Shown here: positions 35,510 to 49,000 of the stretch, piece by piece
How positions within the stretch are numbered: the first letter of the stretch is position 1
Layout: each line of letters begins with the position of its first letter
DNA from: Podospora anserina
Lineage: Eukaryota
DNA length: 64,000 bases
Reading direction: 5' to 3'
Assembly: GCA_017654855.1 (NCBI GenBank)
Contig: CM030337.1
Coordinates: 1,612,001-1,676,000 of the forward strand
The notes under the pieces: model-generated
Seen by the model: the letters and a program-made list of their open reading frames with translations, nothing else
What the model was told of the DNA's origin: nothing
Databases searched by the model: none
Position numbers and translations under genes: made by a program

Positions 35510-37400
35510 ATGCATATCCGCGAGATGCTCGCCGATGCCGAAAGGACCGGCGCACCGTCCTTCTCGTTCGAGTACTTCCCGCCCAAGACGACACAGGGTG
35601 TCCAGAACCTCTACGACCGCATGGAACGCATGAACAACTTTGGGCCAAAATTCATCGACATCACATGGGGTGCTGGCGGCCGGATTGCCGAACTGACGTG
35701 CGAGATGGTGGTACAGGCGCAGACATATCTGGGGCTCGAGACATGCATGCATCTTACCTGCACCGACATGGGCGAGGAGAAGGTCAACGATGCCTTGCGA
35801 AAGGCTTACAAGGCTGGGTGCACCAACATTCTGGCTCTGAGAGGTGATCCACCTCGCGAGAAGGAGAAGTGGGAGGCTGCCGAAGGTGGTTTCCGCTACG
35901 CACGCGATCTTGTCCAGCACATCCGGAAATCCTACCACGAGCACTTTGACATTGGCGTTGCCGGCTATCCCGAGGGTTGTGACGACAACAAGGACGAGGA
36001 TCTACTGTTGGATCACTTGAAGGAGAAGGTCGACGCCGGTGCCACATTTATCGTGACTCAGATGTTCTACGATGCCGACAACTTTGTTCGCTGGGTCGGC
36101 AAGGTCAGAGCTCGGGGCATCAACGTCCCAATCATTCCCGGCATCATGCCCATTGCCACCTACGCCAGCTTCCTTCGCCGCGCCAATCACATGAACTGCA
36201 AGATCCCCGACGAGTGGATGCAGAGACTCGAGCCGGTCAAGAACGACGATGTGGCGGTCAGAGATATCGGGAAGACGCTCGTTGCTGAGCTGTGTCGCAA
36301 GATTCTTGCGGCCGGAATTCACCACTTGCACTTTTACACCATGAACTTGGCACAGGCCACCCGCATGGTGTTGGAGGAGCTCGACTGGATGCCATCCCCG
36401 GATCGCCCGGTCAAGCAGGCACTCCCCTGGAAGAGGTCTCTTGGCTTGGGTCGCCAGGTCGAGGATGTCCGGCCCATTTTCTGGCGCAATCGCAACAAAT
36501 CTTACGTTGCTCGCACGCAAGACTGGGACGAGTTCCCCAACGGTCGCTGGGGTGACTCTAGGTCGCCGGCCTTCGGTGAACTGGACGCATATGGTATTGG
36601 TCTGACGGGCACCAACGAGCAAAACCGCCAGAAGTGGGGCGAGCCAACTTGCATCCGCGACATCGCCAACCTCTTTGTCCGCTACCTGAAGAAGGAGATT
36701 GAGTATCTCCCATGGAGTGAGGCACCAGTCGCCGAAGAGGCCGATTTGATCAAGGACTACCTTCTTGACCTCAACAAGCGGGGTCTGATCACGGTAAATT
36801 CTCAGCCGGCTGTCAACGGTGTCAAGTCTACCCATCCAGTACACGGATGGGGTCCATCCAAGGGTTATGTCTACCAGAAGGCCTACCTCGAATTGCTCGT
36901 TTCCCCAGAAGTCTACCCAGAGATCAAGAAGCGCATTGAAAACCACCCCGATTTGACGTACCACGCGGTGACCAAGTCTGGCATGCTTGAGACCAATGCT
37001 CCATCCGACGCGCCCAACGCCGTAACGTGGGGTGTTTTCCCCGGAAAGGAAATTGTTCAGCCTACTATCGTTGAGCGAATTAGTTTCCTCGCCTGGAAGG
37101 ACGAAGCGTTCCAGTTGGGATCTGACTGGGCTCGCTGCTATGAGGCTGACACCCCAAGCCGTCTGTTGCTCGAGGACATCATGAAGTCGTGGTACTTGGT
37201 GAATATCGGTAAGCTATCTTCTATTTCTTTTTTTGTTGATTTGGTGATACTAACAGTCCTGCACAGTCAACAACGATTTCCACCAAGGAGAGACGCTTTA
37301 TGAGGTTCTGAACGATCTCCAGGAGCCCAACTTGGACAAGGTCCCGCAACCACCAGCCACCAATGGCGAAGCTGCCAACGGCGTTGAGGCCTCAACATAA
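35510..37400 (+). CDS. MET13: Methylenetetrahydrofolate reductase (Met13-type); 2 coding exons
   Basis: FSFEYFPPKT, ITWGAGG, CMHLTCT, NILALRGDPP, TQMFYD, and regulatory-domain WDEFPNGRWGDSRSPAFG. Intron 37209-37267; stop TAA ends at 37400. Confidence 0.95.
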
Positions 37401-39529
37401 TGCCTCTTGAAAGGACACGACTCTGAAGTTGAACTTTTAAGGGTCGTGTTTTCTTTTTTCAACACATTTGCATGGTCAAATCTAATTTCAACACAGCGTT
37501 GCCAATCATGGCAGCAAAGCCCCTTAATCTTCTCCCATCTTCTGCTTCTGTCGGGGACAAGAGGGAAGACGAGGAGAAAGGAATGCGCATGAAAAATGGT
37601 TTAATGAATGAATTTCAACAAGACTCACAGCATTATACAAGAACAGCATTTATCTGGGGCGTTATTTTCAACAATTGATCGTGCATTTTTCTTTTGGACT
37701 GTTCGGATTGGGAGTGTGGGAGGGTTGGGGGGGCCGGCGAACAAAACAAACATCACCATCGGGGTTGGGGACTTGATTTTTCAACAAAAATTGGGGCATT
37801 CAACTGGCATGGGTGGGATGGTGAGGGAAAAGGAAACAAAGGAAAACTCAAATGGGGGGTTTTTCATGCATTCATGGAGAGATATCTCAACGATACCCAA
37901 GAGGAGGAGGACGAGGAGGTAGAGGACAGAGAGAAGGTCACAGGAATTGGAATTCAATTGATGTGCAACAATGCAACAAATAGATATGAAAACTATCCAG
38001 TTATATATTTTCGGTCCAAGCTTTACTTTCCTATTTTCAAACTTCAGGCATCGTTGACCCAGGCTTACAATCTCTCTATAACAGAACGAATAGACGAGAA
38101 GGTATGTAGGGATGTCTCAGCCCTTTATCCAGCAAGGGCACATACCATTCTTCCCTGTCTTCTTGACCAAGCGTCATCCCTTCTTGAGCCCCTTTTCCAC
38201 TAAATCTATCTCGACGTTGTAATTCATCCTCCATCCTTGACCCTTCCCTCACCCTAGACGTGATCTCGCTCCCCAGTATGTCTTTTCACTCGTGCCTCGT
38301 GTCGCTGTCAGCGGTGACCGGGCTCCAGGGCAGATCCGATGCAAAGCAACGAGCCAAGGCATCCTTTGGGAGCTCCTTCTTCTCCTTCTTGCGATCCTTC
38401 TGGGCAGACTTTTTGGTGCTGTCCTGGCCGGAAGAGAAAAGGCTGCCAGTGGAAGTTCTTAGATGGCTTGAAAAGAGCATGCAAAGTGTAAGGGGAGGAA
38501 GAGAGCTGACCTTGTTACTTGGGACGCGGACTTTTCGAAAGAGGCAGCATTCTGTCCAATTATCAGTGTACACACTGCGACAAGCGATTCACCACAAACT
38601 CGAACTGTCAGAGACATATCCAAGGCACCGCACTGTGTAAAGCAGCTGGCGCGCAGGTCAGAAACCTTGACAAGAATCGTGATTAGCCATCTGACATAGG
38701 AATCATGACGTTGAGAGCTAATCACGCTTTCTAACATTGCGGGGCTGGCAGCCCCGCAGTGTGATGGATTCGTAAGTTCGGAAATCATCCCTAGAGCTCG
38801 ACATGCATCACCACTAACAGAGCATCCTTGACCTGCAATCCTCTCCAACGTCCTCTCCAAGGGTCTCGTCGCGGAGAGGATGCCTCTAGGTTTTCTTGGT
38901 TTGGGTGTTGGACGAGGAGGAAGGGTTTTGCAGATGCCTCGGTGGAGGGCTGGTGTATGTCTGGATCTGGGGGCGTGTCTGACTGATTATTGTATTGAGT
39001 GAGGCCTCTTGTGGATGGCCACACTTTTATTCAACTTAATTGTGGCTACAAGCTTGACTGTTGTGCGAGGCGGCGATGAGCCAACCCAGCCCACATGGAG
39101 ACAACCTACGGAAGAGATGAATCCAACACAATCGGTACATGGGACAGCTAGGAAGGATTAGCCTTCACTACTATGTTTTCTTTTCTTGTTATCAAACAAA
39201 GTTCCAGACTGGCTTCTGTTTACGCCCGTGTGTGGTCGTGGTGTCCCTTACAGTAAATAGGTCTCAATGGTGGCATCCATCCAACTGGACATTCCATCTC
39301 TAGCCCAGCCAAGCTTCGAGAAAGGTAAAGTTGTCAAGCTCCTCTCCGTATCCGCCCTCAACATGAAAGATGTGCAAGCACAAACCAACTCTCCTGCCAT
39401 CCCCAAGACAGCAAAGGCCCCACCGGCCCCCAACGCACAAACCACCTGCCCCCTTGTCTCAAACCCCCTTTCCAGCTAACGTCGACCATTCATGAGTGTC
39501 ATTTCCGCATTAATTTTCACCCAGCAAGA

Positions 39530-39605
39530 GTTGTATGTTGTACCAAGATGGTACACGTGTTCATCTTGCTGCGGGGGTGCTGGAGTTCGAATCTCGGTTC
39601 GAGCA
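39530..39605 (+). pseudogene. Degenerate tRNA-like sequence (tRNA pseudogene)
   Basis: Intact B box/T loop GAGTTCGAATCTCGG followed by an acceptor-like TTCGAGCA, plus tRNA-like AGATGGTA and TTCATCTTGC segments. The stems no longer pair as a cloverleaf. Confidence 0.45.
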
Positions 39606-40028
39606 CTTACCAGTAATATTTGTTGTAAAATCTTTGGGTTTCCGTAGTCAGCCTTGAGCTGGTGAGCTTTTGGCTTTTTTGCAGGACTGAATTTTTTTCG
39701 GAATCATATGAGAATGAATGCCTATGGCCTATTTTCCTTGATGAGAAGATGGGTTTTCGTGTGGGTGGTTAGAGGTGGTGGTGATGATGTGTGGTTGGTT
39801 GGTGTCGGTGGTCGAGCACATCAGAGGTTTGGGGTTCTATATCGCACACCACATCCTCCAGATTGACAATCAGCATCATCCAAACAGCGATAGCTTGTCA
39901 AAACACAATGTTGAATTTTTCCAAAAAAGAATTGTAACTTTGTTGTTATGATATCCTCTGAGCCCATATATATGTACCATCCTATCCCATACTATTCTGT
40001 TATTTTATTAACTGCCTCTCAATCATCA

Positions 40029-43000
40029 TCAACTGCTTCCCAAAATCCCCTCATACGCATCCTCCACCTCTCCCGCCAGCTCCAACAAAGCAACAATCAC
40101 AATCTGATGCACCAAGTTTGGGAGCCTCTCCCTGTGCAACCCAATCCACTCCAGCGGCGGCGTCGCCTCCCCCATATCCCTCAGCTGCGGCGTCTCAATC
40201 ACCGGCTCCTCCAGCGCCCGGTACTCATACTTGCTCATCGGCACCTGGACCTCCGCCGTGATCTTCTCCGTCTTCTCACCTTCCCCTTCCTTTCCTTTGC
40301 CTTTTGTCTTGTCTTCTGTCACCTTGATGCTCGTTACACTTGGCAGCTCCCTCCCCCACGTTTGCGCGAGAGTCTTGGCGTGATTAGCCCACATGCCTCT
40401 GATGTAGGAAATCCGGCTGTAGTTCCATCCGACTTCGACCTTGCCCTCAAAAGCCGATTTGAAGATATAGTCTATTTGCTTGGGGGTCGCGATGGCTTGC
40501 CAGGTTTGCATCACCGCCTCGACTTGCGGAACCTTGAGGATGGTGCCTCCTCGTGACCCAGTAGCGCTAGTAACGACATCCTCAACCGAGAGCTCAGAGA
40601 GCGTCTTTGGGGAAGTCGTGTTCCGTACACCCGCCAACCCGATCCTCAACTGCCCAAGCGTCAACCCCAATATCGAATGGATCCTCCCTTCACCTACACT
40701 CGCCGCAAACCTTGCCTGAGCATTGAGCGCCTCCATCTTGAACACCTGATGATCCGAGAACGTGCTGGGGAAAACGCCCAGGTTGACAGCCCTCAGCGTC
40801 ACCACCACATCAGTGTCAAGAGAAATCGGACTCTTGCTCACCGCACTCTCAGGATCATTCCTGTCCGGCGACCCTGCTCCCCCATTTTGCGCATTACTCA
40901 ACCTCTTCACCACCCCTTCCACCCCTTCCACTCGTCTCCGTTTCATGTACCTCTCCACCTCCTTCAGCCCAACCTCAAATCCTTCCCTTCTTTCTTTTAT
41001 TAGTCTCTGAATAGCCTGCCACATCGCCACCCCCTGTGCCGCCGAGCTCGTAGTGCCAAAGACTTGAACTGCTTCTCCGTCAAAGATGGCGACAAGCCTA
41101 TCACCCGTCCCGTCTTTGCTTCTGCGAACGTTGTACATCAAGAACTCGAGCTGTCTCACGTCCGCGACGAGGAAGGCCTGGTAGTCAAATGCCGCTTTCA
41201 CTCTCAGTTGGCTGAACCCGACCGAAGCTTGAATCATAGGCGTCTCGTTCAGTGCTTGCTCCCGTTGCGGCCACTCAATGCTCGTCCGGAGCTTGAAGTC
41301 TTGAAGGGTGACAAACCCAGACATCCTCCCCGTAGACTCAATCCCAATCATCTTGAACCCAAGGCAGAGGTTTTGCTCCCAGTCCGACGTCTTTTTGCTA
41401 GAAACCCAAAAGTCATTGATCGAAAAGGTCGACTTCCCCAACGCCTGTCCCAAATCAACGTTGATCTTCAGTGCCGTGATACTGATACTCGCCGTCCAGG
41501 GAAACGCCGCCGTCCGAGCCACCTGCTGATACCGCTGAACAAGATGCCCCTGCGACGTCTCCGTAGCAAGCTTAGCAATCGGTGAAGAAGCAGCATCCAC
41601 CATCGGATTCTCCAGCACCTCCCTCGGCAGCCAAATCTCCCTAAACAGCAAAAAGTCCTGGAGCTGCTTCGCGTTGACCGAGACCTCCATGGGACTGACT
41701 TTGAGAATCGCCGAAACTCCGCTCGTGCCACTGACATGCCTACTGTTCAACAGCGAGAGCACAATCGACTGCACCTTGAAGCTCCCCGTTGGCTCGCGAG
41801 AGTAGACATGCTTGACAGAAGCCTGCAGGTTGGTGAACGCGCCTGACAAGGCAAAGAAGTTCCCGTGGTCGATCGAGCGGACCGTGTTGGCGGTGAAGTA
41901 GACATCCTCAAAGCTCGCCGTAGCAGCCACCTGAGCAATAGGATGACAGCTCAGCGAAAACTCCTGCTTGCAGATCCTCAACCCAAGGTTGAGTTTCATC
42001 CGCCCCAACACAGCCGTCGGGTCTGCCGTGAGGATGCTATCCTCCTCGACAAGCTTGACCTTGGCCGCGATGTTCTCCGCCTGTGACTGCGCAGCACTCG
42101 GTTGTTTCTTGCGGTCATTCTCCCTGCTGCTAACGACATGCTTGATGCTATTGCTGATATCAACAATCAGCGGCACCACCGACGGCGAAAGAATATTCGT
42201 CGACGGATCCAACTTCACCTCCGCATGAAGCGACGGATCATCCCTCGCATTATCCCTATACTCCACCTTCCACGCCAGCCCAGGAGATCTCAACACGGTG
42301 CTCCCCGCTGTTGTCCCATCATGACCCTGCCGTGTCCCCGGCCTCACAGCAACCCTCGTCGCACTCACAATATCATCCGGCGCCTTCTTCCCACTCAAAT
42401 GCACCACCGCCCCCGCAAAATCGGCATCCACCAGCAACGACTCCATCCTCTTTTTCCCAAAAATACTTGTGCCAGTCTTCCTCTCGTTCACTTCTTGCGT
42501 CCTGTCAGGCGAAACCGGCTCCGAACTACCCATCCTCTTGTTCACAACCGGATTCCAATTCTGCGACGCCCTCTGCACATTCCTAAGGCTCAAACTAATC
42601 GAATCATTCAGCTTCGCCGCCGGAATAATACACCCACTCGTCAGCCTCAAGTCCAAGCTCTTCCCAACCGCCTGGAAAGCCAACCTCCTCGCCTCTGCCG
42701 TAGAGACATACGCCAGCTTGAAAATAATCTCCGGCAACAACGCCGAATTCGGCGATCTGACCTTCTTGTCTTGCTGGGCAGGGTTGACCATCTGCAGCTG
42801 CAAATTCTCAATCGTCAACCTCGCCGAGTTCCTCGTCCTCGTCCCAAACTCGATCCGTTCAAGCGTCAAAACAAGATCCTCCTTATCATCATCCTCCATC
42901 ATCTCCAGCTCACCACCACCACCACCACCAACCAACCAAGCAACCAGAATATCCTGCATCTCAAAAGTATAAGTAACACTCGAGAAAAACGCATCAATAA

Positions 43001-46000
43001 TATCTCCCCCTTCTTCCTCCCCCTCCTCTTCACCCCGCGCTTTTCCCTCCCCATCATCAATCATAATCCTCGGCCTCGACTGCCTCAACTTTTTCAAATA
43101 CTCCAGCTCCTTGCTCGTGTCAAGATCCTTGATCTTATCCCCCATGTACCCCAAAACATCAACAACAGTCGACACCGTCTCAGGCGAGAGCTCAACCCGA
43201 AACCCATCACTCTTGACATTAAAAAACCTCCTCTCCTCCTCCTCCCCATCTTCTCCCCGTTGCGAACTCCCCGTCACCACCGCCCCAAAAGCCACACTCC
43301 CACAACTCCTCATACCACCATCCCCCCCATCATCCCGTCCCTTCCTAATCTCAAACCTCACCCCCCTCAAGTTAACATCAAACTGCGGATGACTCAACGT
43401 AGGCCCGTGCCCGTCCACCCGGTTGTTAACCCCCACATGAACCCTATCAAGCCTAAACAGCACATTCGCCACCACCGGTTCCTTCTCCGACGGCAGAGGA
43501 CTATTCCCAAACACCTCCAACCCTGCAAACGTGAGGTTGGTCGAGTAAGCCATTATCGTCTCGGTCTTCTTGTCCTTGTTAAGCGGTTTATCCTGCTGCT
43601 GGTGGTGGCCAACAACGTCATCGACATGCTCTCTTATAACCCTCCCCTGCTGCTGCAACTCACTAACAGCATTGGAGATCTCAGGCCTGTTGAGCGCAGA
43701 AAGGAGGCTGTACACAGCCGACGCATCAAGCTGCACCAGTTCCACAGACGAGTACACGCTGATCGTGTGCTCGCCCGGTTCAATGTGGCTTATTATCCTC
43801 CCGCTCGCGGGCGGGATCTGAAGGAGCGAGATGCTGCGGGCGACATTGTTGACCCTGATTTGGATGTCGTGCTGGTTTTCCTTGATGTCAAAGTCAAAGA
43901 TGAGCTCCTTGCCAAAGTCGGCTGCCATGGCGGCTCTGGAGACGGTGCCGTGGATGGTGTATGTGAGGGAGCGAAGGAGGGGCACGGTGATGGTGTATTG
44001 GTCCATAAAGAGCGCGGCGTTGGCCTTGAAGGCGGATAGTCGGTCTGCCATCTTCTTCTTCGGGGGCGAAGGGTTTCTGGGTGAGGGGGGGAGGAGTTGG
44101 TCTTTTAGTTTGTACAGCTGTGCAAACTCGTCGCGGACTAGCAGGTCGAGGACTTCTGCGAGGGTGACGGGGTCTTGTCTGATTGTCAGGTTCATGTACT
44201 GGTTGCTTGCCGTTGTCTTGATCGTGTGGGAATCGGTGGTTTGCGTTGCTTGGAACTCGTGCGAGACGAACACACTCGGCTGTTCGAGCACCAGCTTGGC
44301 AAGCTTCTGGTGATGACTGCGGAGACTGGAGGACGCAGAGTCGCAGCTCAGAATACCGTTCGTGTTCAATGTATTGTCGGCTTTTCTCGTAGCCAATACT
44401 GAAATCTTGGCCCCGTTGCTGAAAGACGATGAGTAGAGGTTGACAGCTTCCAAGATGAGAGAGCCATGGTCGAGAGACAGGACGCAGTGAACTGTCTGTC
44501 TCTGAACCTTGACGGGTGTCTTTGGTCTAGGTGCATTCTCTGGCTCAGGCTCCGGTTCCGGTTTGCTTTGCATCTTCTTGGCCATCCTCAAGATACTGCT
44601 CGCCAGTTCGCAAAGCTCCCAGTTCAAGCTGACAGCAGCATCCTCGCAGTGAACATTGACGAGTACGGCAGGCTGGTCACCCGCCTGGTTCTGAAGAGCA
44701 GGTTTGACCTGCAGTCTCGTCGTAAGATCCACCAGCGTAACAGCATTCTGCTTCGGTCCTGGATTCAAAGCAACTTGAAACTGCTTGATCCTCGCAACAG
44801 CCATCACCGGCTTGTCCGAACCCCCATTACTCTGCGCCTTCGCCGGCGGTCCAAAAACAATATTCAATAGCACGCTTTCGGAAACATTCTCCAAATCCCA
44901 ACTCCTCCACTTCTCAAAAGCCGACACCACCTCCTGCCTGAGCTGGGCCGATGCTTTCGTCAACGGCGCAAAACAGTCCATCTTGATCTGCTCCCCTATT
45001 AACGGAGCCAAAACCGACCAAGTCTGGCGAAGACGCATGATCAGTTTCCAAGAATCATACGTTCTCAAATGCTGAGACGCCGAGCGAAGCACCGATGAAG
45101 GCCGTATGAGAAACGAAGGATCTTGAATATTCTTGCCGGAAGAAACAAGCCGTCGAACCAGATTCCGAGACCTGACACCCTCTTGTGACGACACCTCAGC
45201 AAACACCTTCCCGAGGTCAGCCCCCAGAACACCGGCGCGGTGAATCAACGAGGCCAGATAATCAACTTTCTCAGACGAAGTACTGCTCTGGATATTCCCA
45301 ATCTCAACATCAAGATAAGAGACATCCTTGGTCCCTATCGCCGCCGCCACATTGTCGATGCGAGCCACCGCAGCTGCCTGGGCCCCCGCCATGTCCTGAT
45401 ACCGCTCAGTGGCAGAAACAGTAGCCGAATCCAGACGAACGTGGAAAGAAGTCCGAGCCTCTTTCGACTCGGGTTTGAACGCATCCTTCCACGTTGTTTC
45501 CGTCCGGGAGGTAAGCACCAGCTTCGAAAGCGCAACATCATACTGGTCCTGCTCGTCCATAGGCTGCTCAATCGAGTTCGGATCAGACGAATTAACAAGC
45601 CGCAAGTTGGCATGTGGCAGCTTGACCAATATATCACCAATACGTCCCTTCAAATGCTGATCCTTCTGCATGTCCAAAACCTCCTGAACAGAGCTGATTT
45701 GCATAGCGTCAAGAATAACATCAGGATCAACAGGCTGCAGAGCCCCCAGCAGCGTCGCGACATGCCGTAATGATGTTGGGTTGCAAAAAGCCGTCAAGCC
45801 ATTGGGGAACTCAACAAGAACACCAGTGTACGGCAACTCTTCGCTGAGTTGACTAGGATCGATATCTCCAAGATTAAAGTCTGACGAGTCAAAATCATCG
45901 TCGTCATCGTCCGCCTCTATGCTCTGTAGCAGCACCTCCTTATGGCTTGGCTTGACGTTCTCAAGCGGAAAGTACGGCGCAAAATACTGGCTGGAAAATG

Positions 46001-49000
46001 CAACCGTATTGTGAACCACGTCTTGACGCTGTTGGCTATCCTCTGGAGCGCTGTAAAAGGCAGAATGGCGAGTTGACGGTGAAAGTTCTCGTCCATGCAA
46101 TGACCCCCGGCCACCAAACCGGTGACGGACAGGAGATCGGAGATACTGGTCTGACTGTTTCCCTAATCCACTTGGCCGCGGCGAGCTTGCAGGCTTCAGA
46201 ATACTGCTCTGCCCCGAACTGGCAATAGATAGGAAGGAGGATTTGTGCCGTAAGCCTCGGGATCGCCTCGATGTCCCCCTAGAGTTGAGAGATGCCCTAT
46301 CATCCCCTCCAAAGTCTGCTATTGTCAGTGGCAAGGGAACAGGCGGCACGCTCTGAGACGGAGGGTCAACCGGCTCAGGTACAAAATCATCCGTGAACCC
46401 AGGCAACACGAGAAAAGGCGTTCGATGAGTACGCTGATCGTGGCGACGAATGAGCTCCTGTTGAAGTCTCCGCTCCTCAGAAAAGTTCGCCTTTCGCCCT
46501 ATCATGGCGAGCCGTACACTGGTTTCCACAAGTGCATCCGTCTCTACTGGATGTTGAGGGCGTGTCTTGTATCGTGTTGCTGATTCTGCATTGACACAGG
46601 ATAGCTTGACATCCGGGATCTTGACATTGGCCCGCTTGGAGTAATGTGACCCAGCCCAGTCGTTGAAGTTTACATCGATCAGGCCAGTGGAAAGAAGAAA
46701 GGCAGCTTCCTCAACGTGGATCCAAATCCGCACTGACTCCACAAACACCCGGAGAAAGGTGACATCGTAGACGACAATCGAGGAGAGTATGATGAGGGCG
46801 TTCTCTTCGTCGTCCAAGCAGAACACGAAGGCCTTGCCTGCACTGACTAGTGTTGTCAGGAACTCTGCTGTACACTCGCCAGTGACTGCCCCGACAGAAA
46901 GATCCCAGTTGCACATGTAGGTGGGCTCGGCTGGAGGCAGCCCGAATAGGCGATGGCCATAGACTGTGATCCCATCCACAAAGAGCTGGGTGCTTGACGT
47001 TGCGCTGATGGGTGTTTCTGCCCCTGACTCTGTATTCCCCAAGGATAGGTTGAGCGGTGCAAGAGTCAGTTCCATATCCATGTAGTAATTAGTAAACCGC
47101 AGATCGAGGGCAAGGTTTGCTGTGTCGATCTGGATGTGCCGCTGGCATGAGTAGAGATTTACAGGAAGCAAAATCTTCGGGTCATCCGCTCTTATGCTGA
47201 GGATGACGTCAAGGTCGTTCGTCTTCTTAGGCGGCGGCTTGTTGGCCAGCTCAGCACTTGGATCGTTAGCTTTCAAGCGTAGCATATCTTGATACTCCTC
47301 CAACGTCTTGAAATGGACGTCTTCACCGAAATAATTGTCCTTGAGGACAAGCATGTAACGAACCAGAAACCCATGCAGCTGAGCGACCGGCGACTGCCCA
47401 GAGATATTCAGGACGATGGTGTCAATGTTAGATGGAGAGGTAGTTACGTTGTAGTGATAGGCGCCATCGATGACCAGATTTTCCAGATGCCCAACCTCTT
47501 TTGACGTGAGAAACGGCGCTTGTGTATTCCACGGTGGCACGTGCAAATCGACTGATGCATTTTCTGCACGAATGTCGAAGGGGATGGCATTCTTGCTGGG
47601 CCTGAAGGTATCAATCGGCACAGATGTCACGCATCGAAGAAGTGGGCTCGATATTATGAGGAATGTGTTGTCATCAAGGTCCGTCGGGCTGTTGATGATA
47701 TTGGCATCGTTGAGATTCAGGAAAATGCGGACGTTTTGGAGCTGGAGGTTGAGATGGTACCTGAATGGGGTGAATACCATGTAGTCAGGTGGAGGCCCAG
47801 TTGTCCAGTCATCTACTAGGTCGGTGAGAAGAAATATGTGATCCCGCAAAAGGAAGAGCGATAGGTCATCACTGGCAATGTTGAAGTGCCATTGCCGAAG
47901 AGAGTTCCAGCGCAATGGGGTGGACAAATCACAAGATATTCTCTGCCTACCCGATTTCCATAACACCTCGTGGTTTATGCTGCTCGATATCTCGGCACTG
48001 GGAAAGTCGACCTTGAGCGAGTTGCTATATCCGGAGCTCCCAGCTGTCATGTCCATGGAATAAGTCACAGTCGTATTGACCGGGGCTTTGATGTCAAGCC
48101 AGCCATATGGTCGCTGGTGGACCTCAGCGGCCTGATCAGACTTCTTGGATCGAGCGCGAGACTTGCGAGTATCGTTGGCGCGTGTATTGTTATTGGGGTC
48201 TGGCTCCTTGCCCTTCCATCTCCAATTTTTCGATTCCTCCCTGACGGGAATGCGGATATTGGTGGTGTCCTCAAGTTCGAGGTAGAACTTGAACTGCGTC
48301 GGCACGCGATACGCACCGGGGACAAGATGCGGTGTTGGAACAGCATCCTTGCAGAGGCTGGGTACAAAGATGCGCTGAAGTTCCGCACGATGTCTGTCTG
48401 CCCATGGCCCATAGTTCACAGAGCCACCGTTTATTGATAGTTTGATGGCCCATGCTGGGGGCTCGTCACCATTGATGTTGGACAGCAACTCTGGGGCTTT
48501 CTCCGCCGGTGAAGCTGTCATGGGCTGCACAAGTCCTGGGACATCCCAGTATATCGTCAAGGTGGCTTCTGGACTATCCAAAAGGGTGGGCACCGCAGCA
48601 TACTCGATGGACGACCACCTGGACTTTTGATCCTCCGCCTCTTCGGAAAGGTAACGTGACAGCCCTTGCCAGTGACCACTTCCAGGCACTTGGCTTGCAG
48701 CGGTCCCGATACCTCTGCTTGATGGAGAGAAGGACTCAACGGACTTGTTCCAAAATGGTATAAAGCCCCTGAGACCCTCCCGTAGTCGACTCCTTTGACC
48801 TCGCAAGAACGAACCCTTTTTCGGCGGAGACAAGGACCCCTGGGCACTCTGTTTCTCTCGTTCGGCACGGTTGACTTGATCCTCCTTGAAATCTGGATTT
48901 TCCTTCATCTCGATCACGGGGTGTTTGAACTTCAGCCGGAAGCATTGTCGGTACGGGTCAGTCGTATCGGTCTCGGTGGCCGTAGCATCGATTTCGCCTG

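Noticed and set aside
8674-37400. Sulfur-metabolism cluster of CysRS and MTHFR
   Set aside because: They are about 24 kb apart and separated by unrelated housekeeping genes.
42102-44039. 645-aa plus-strand ORF inside CSF1
   Set aside because: Low-complexity Pro/Leu/His/Arg translation of the G-rich antisense strand.
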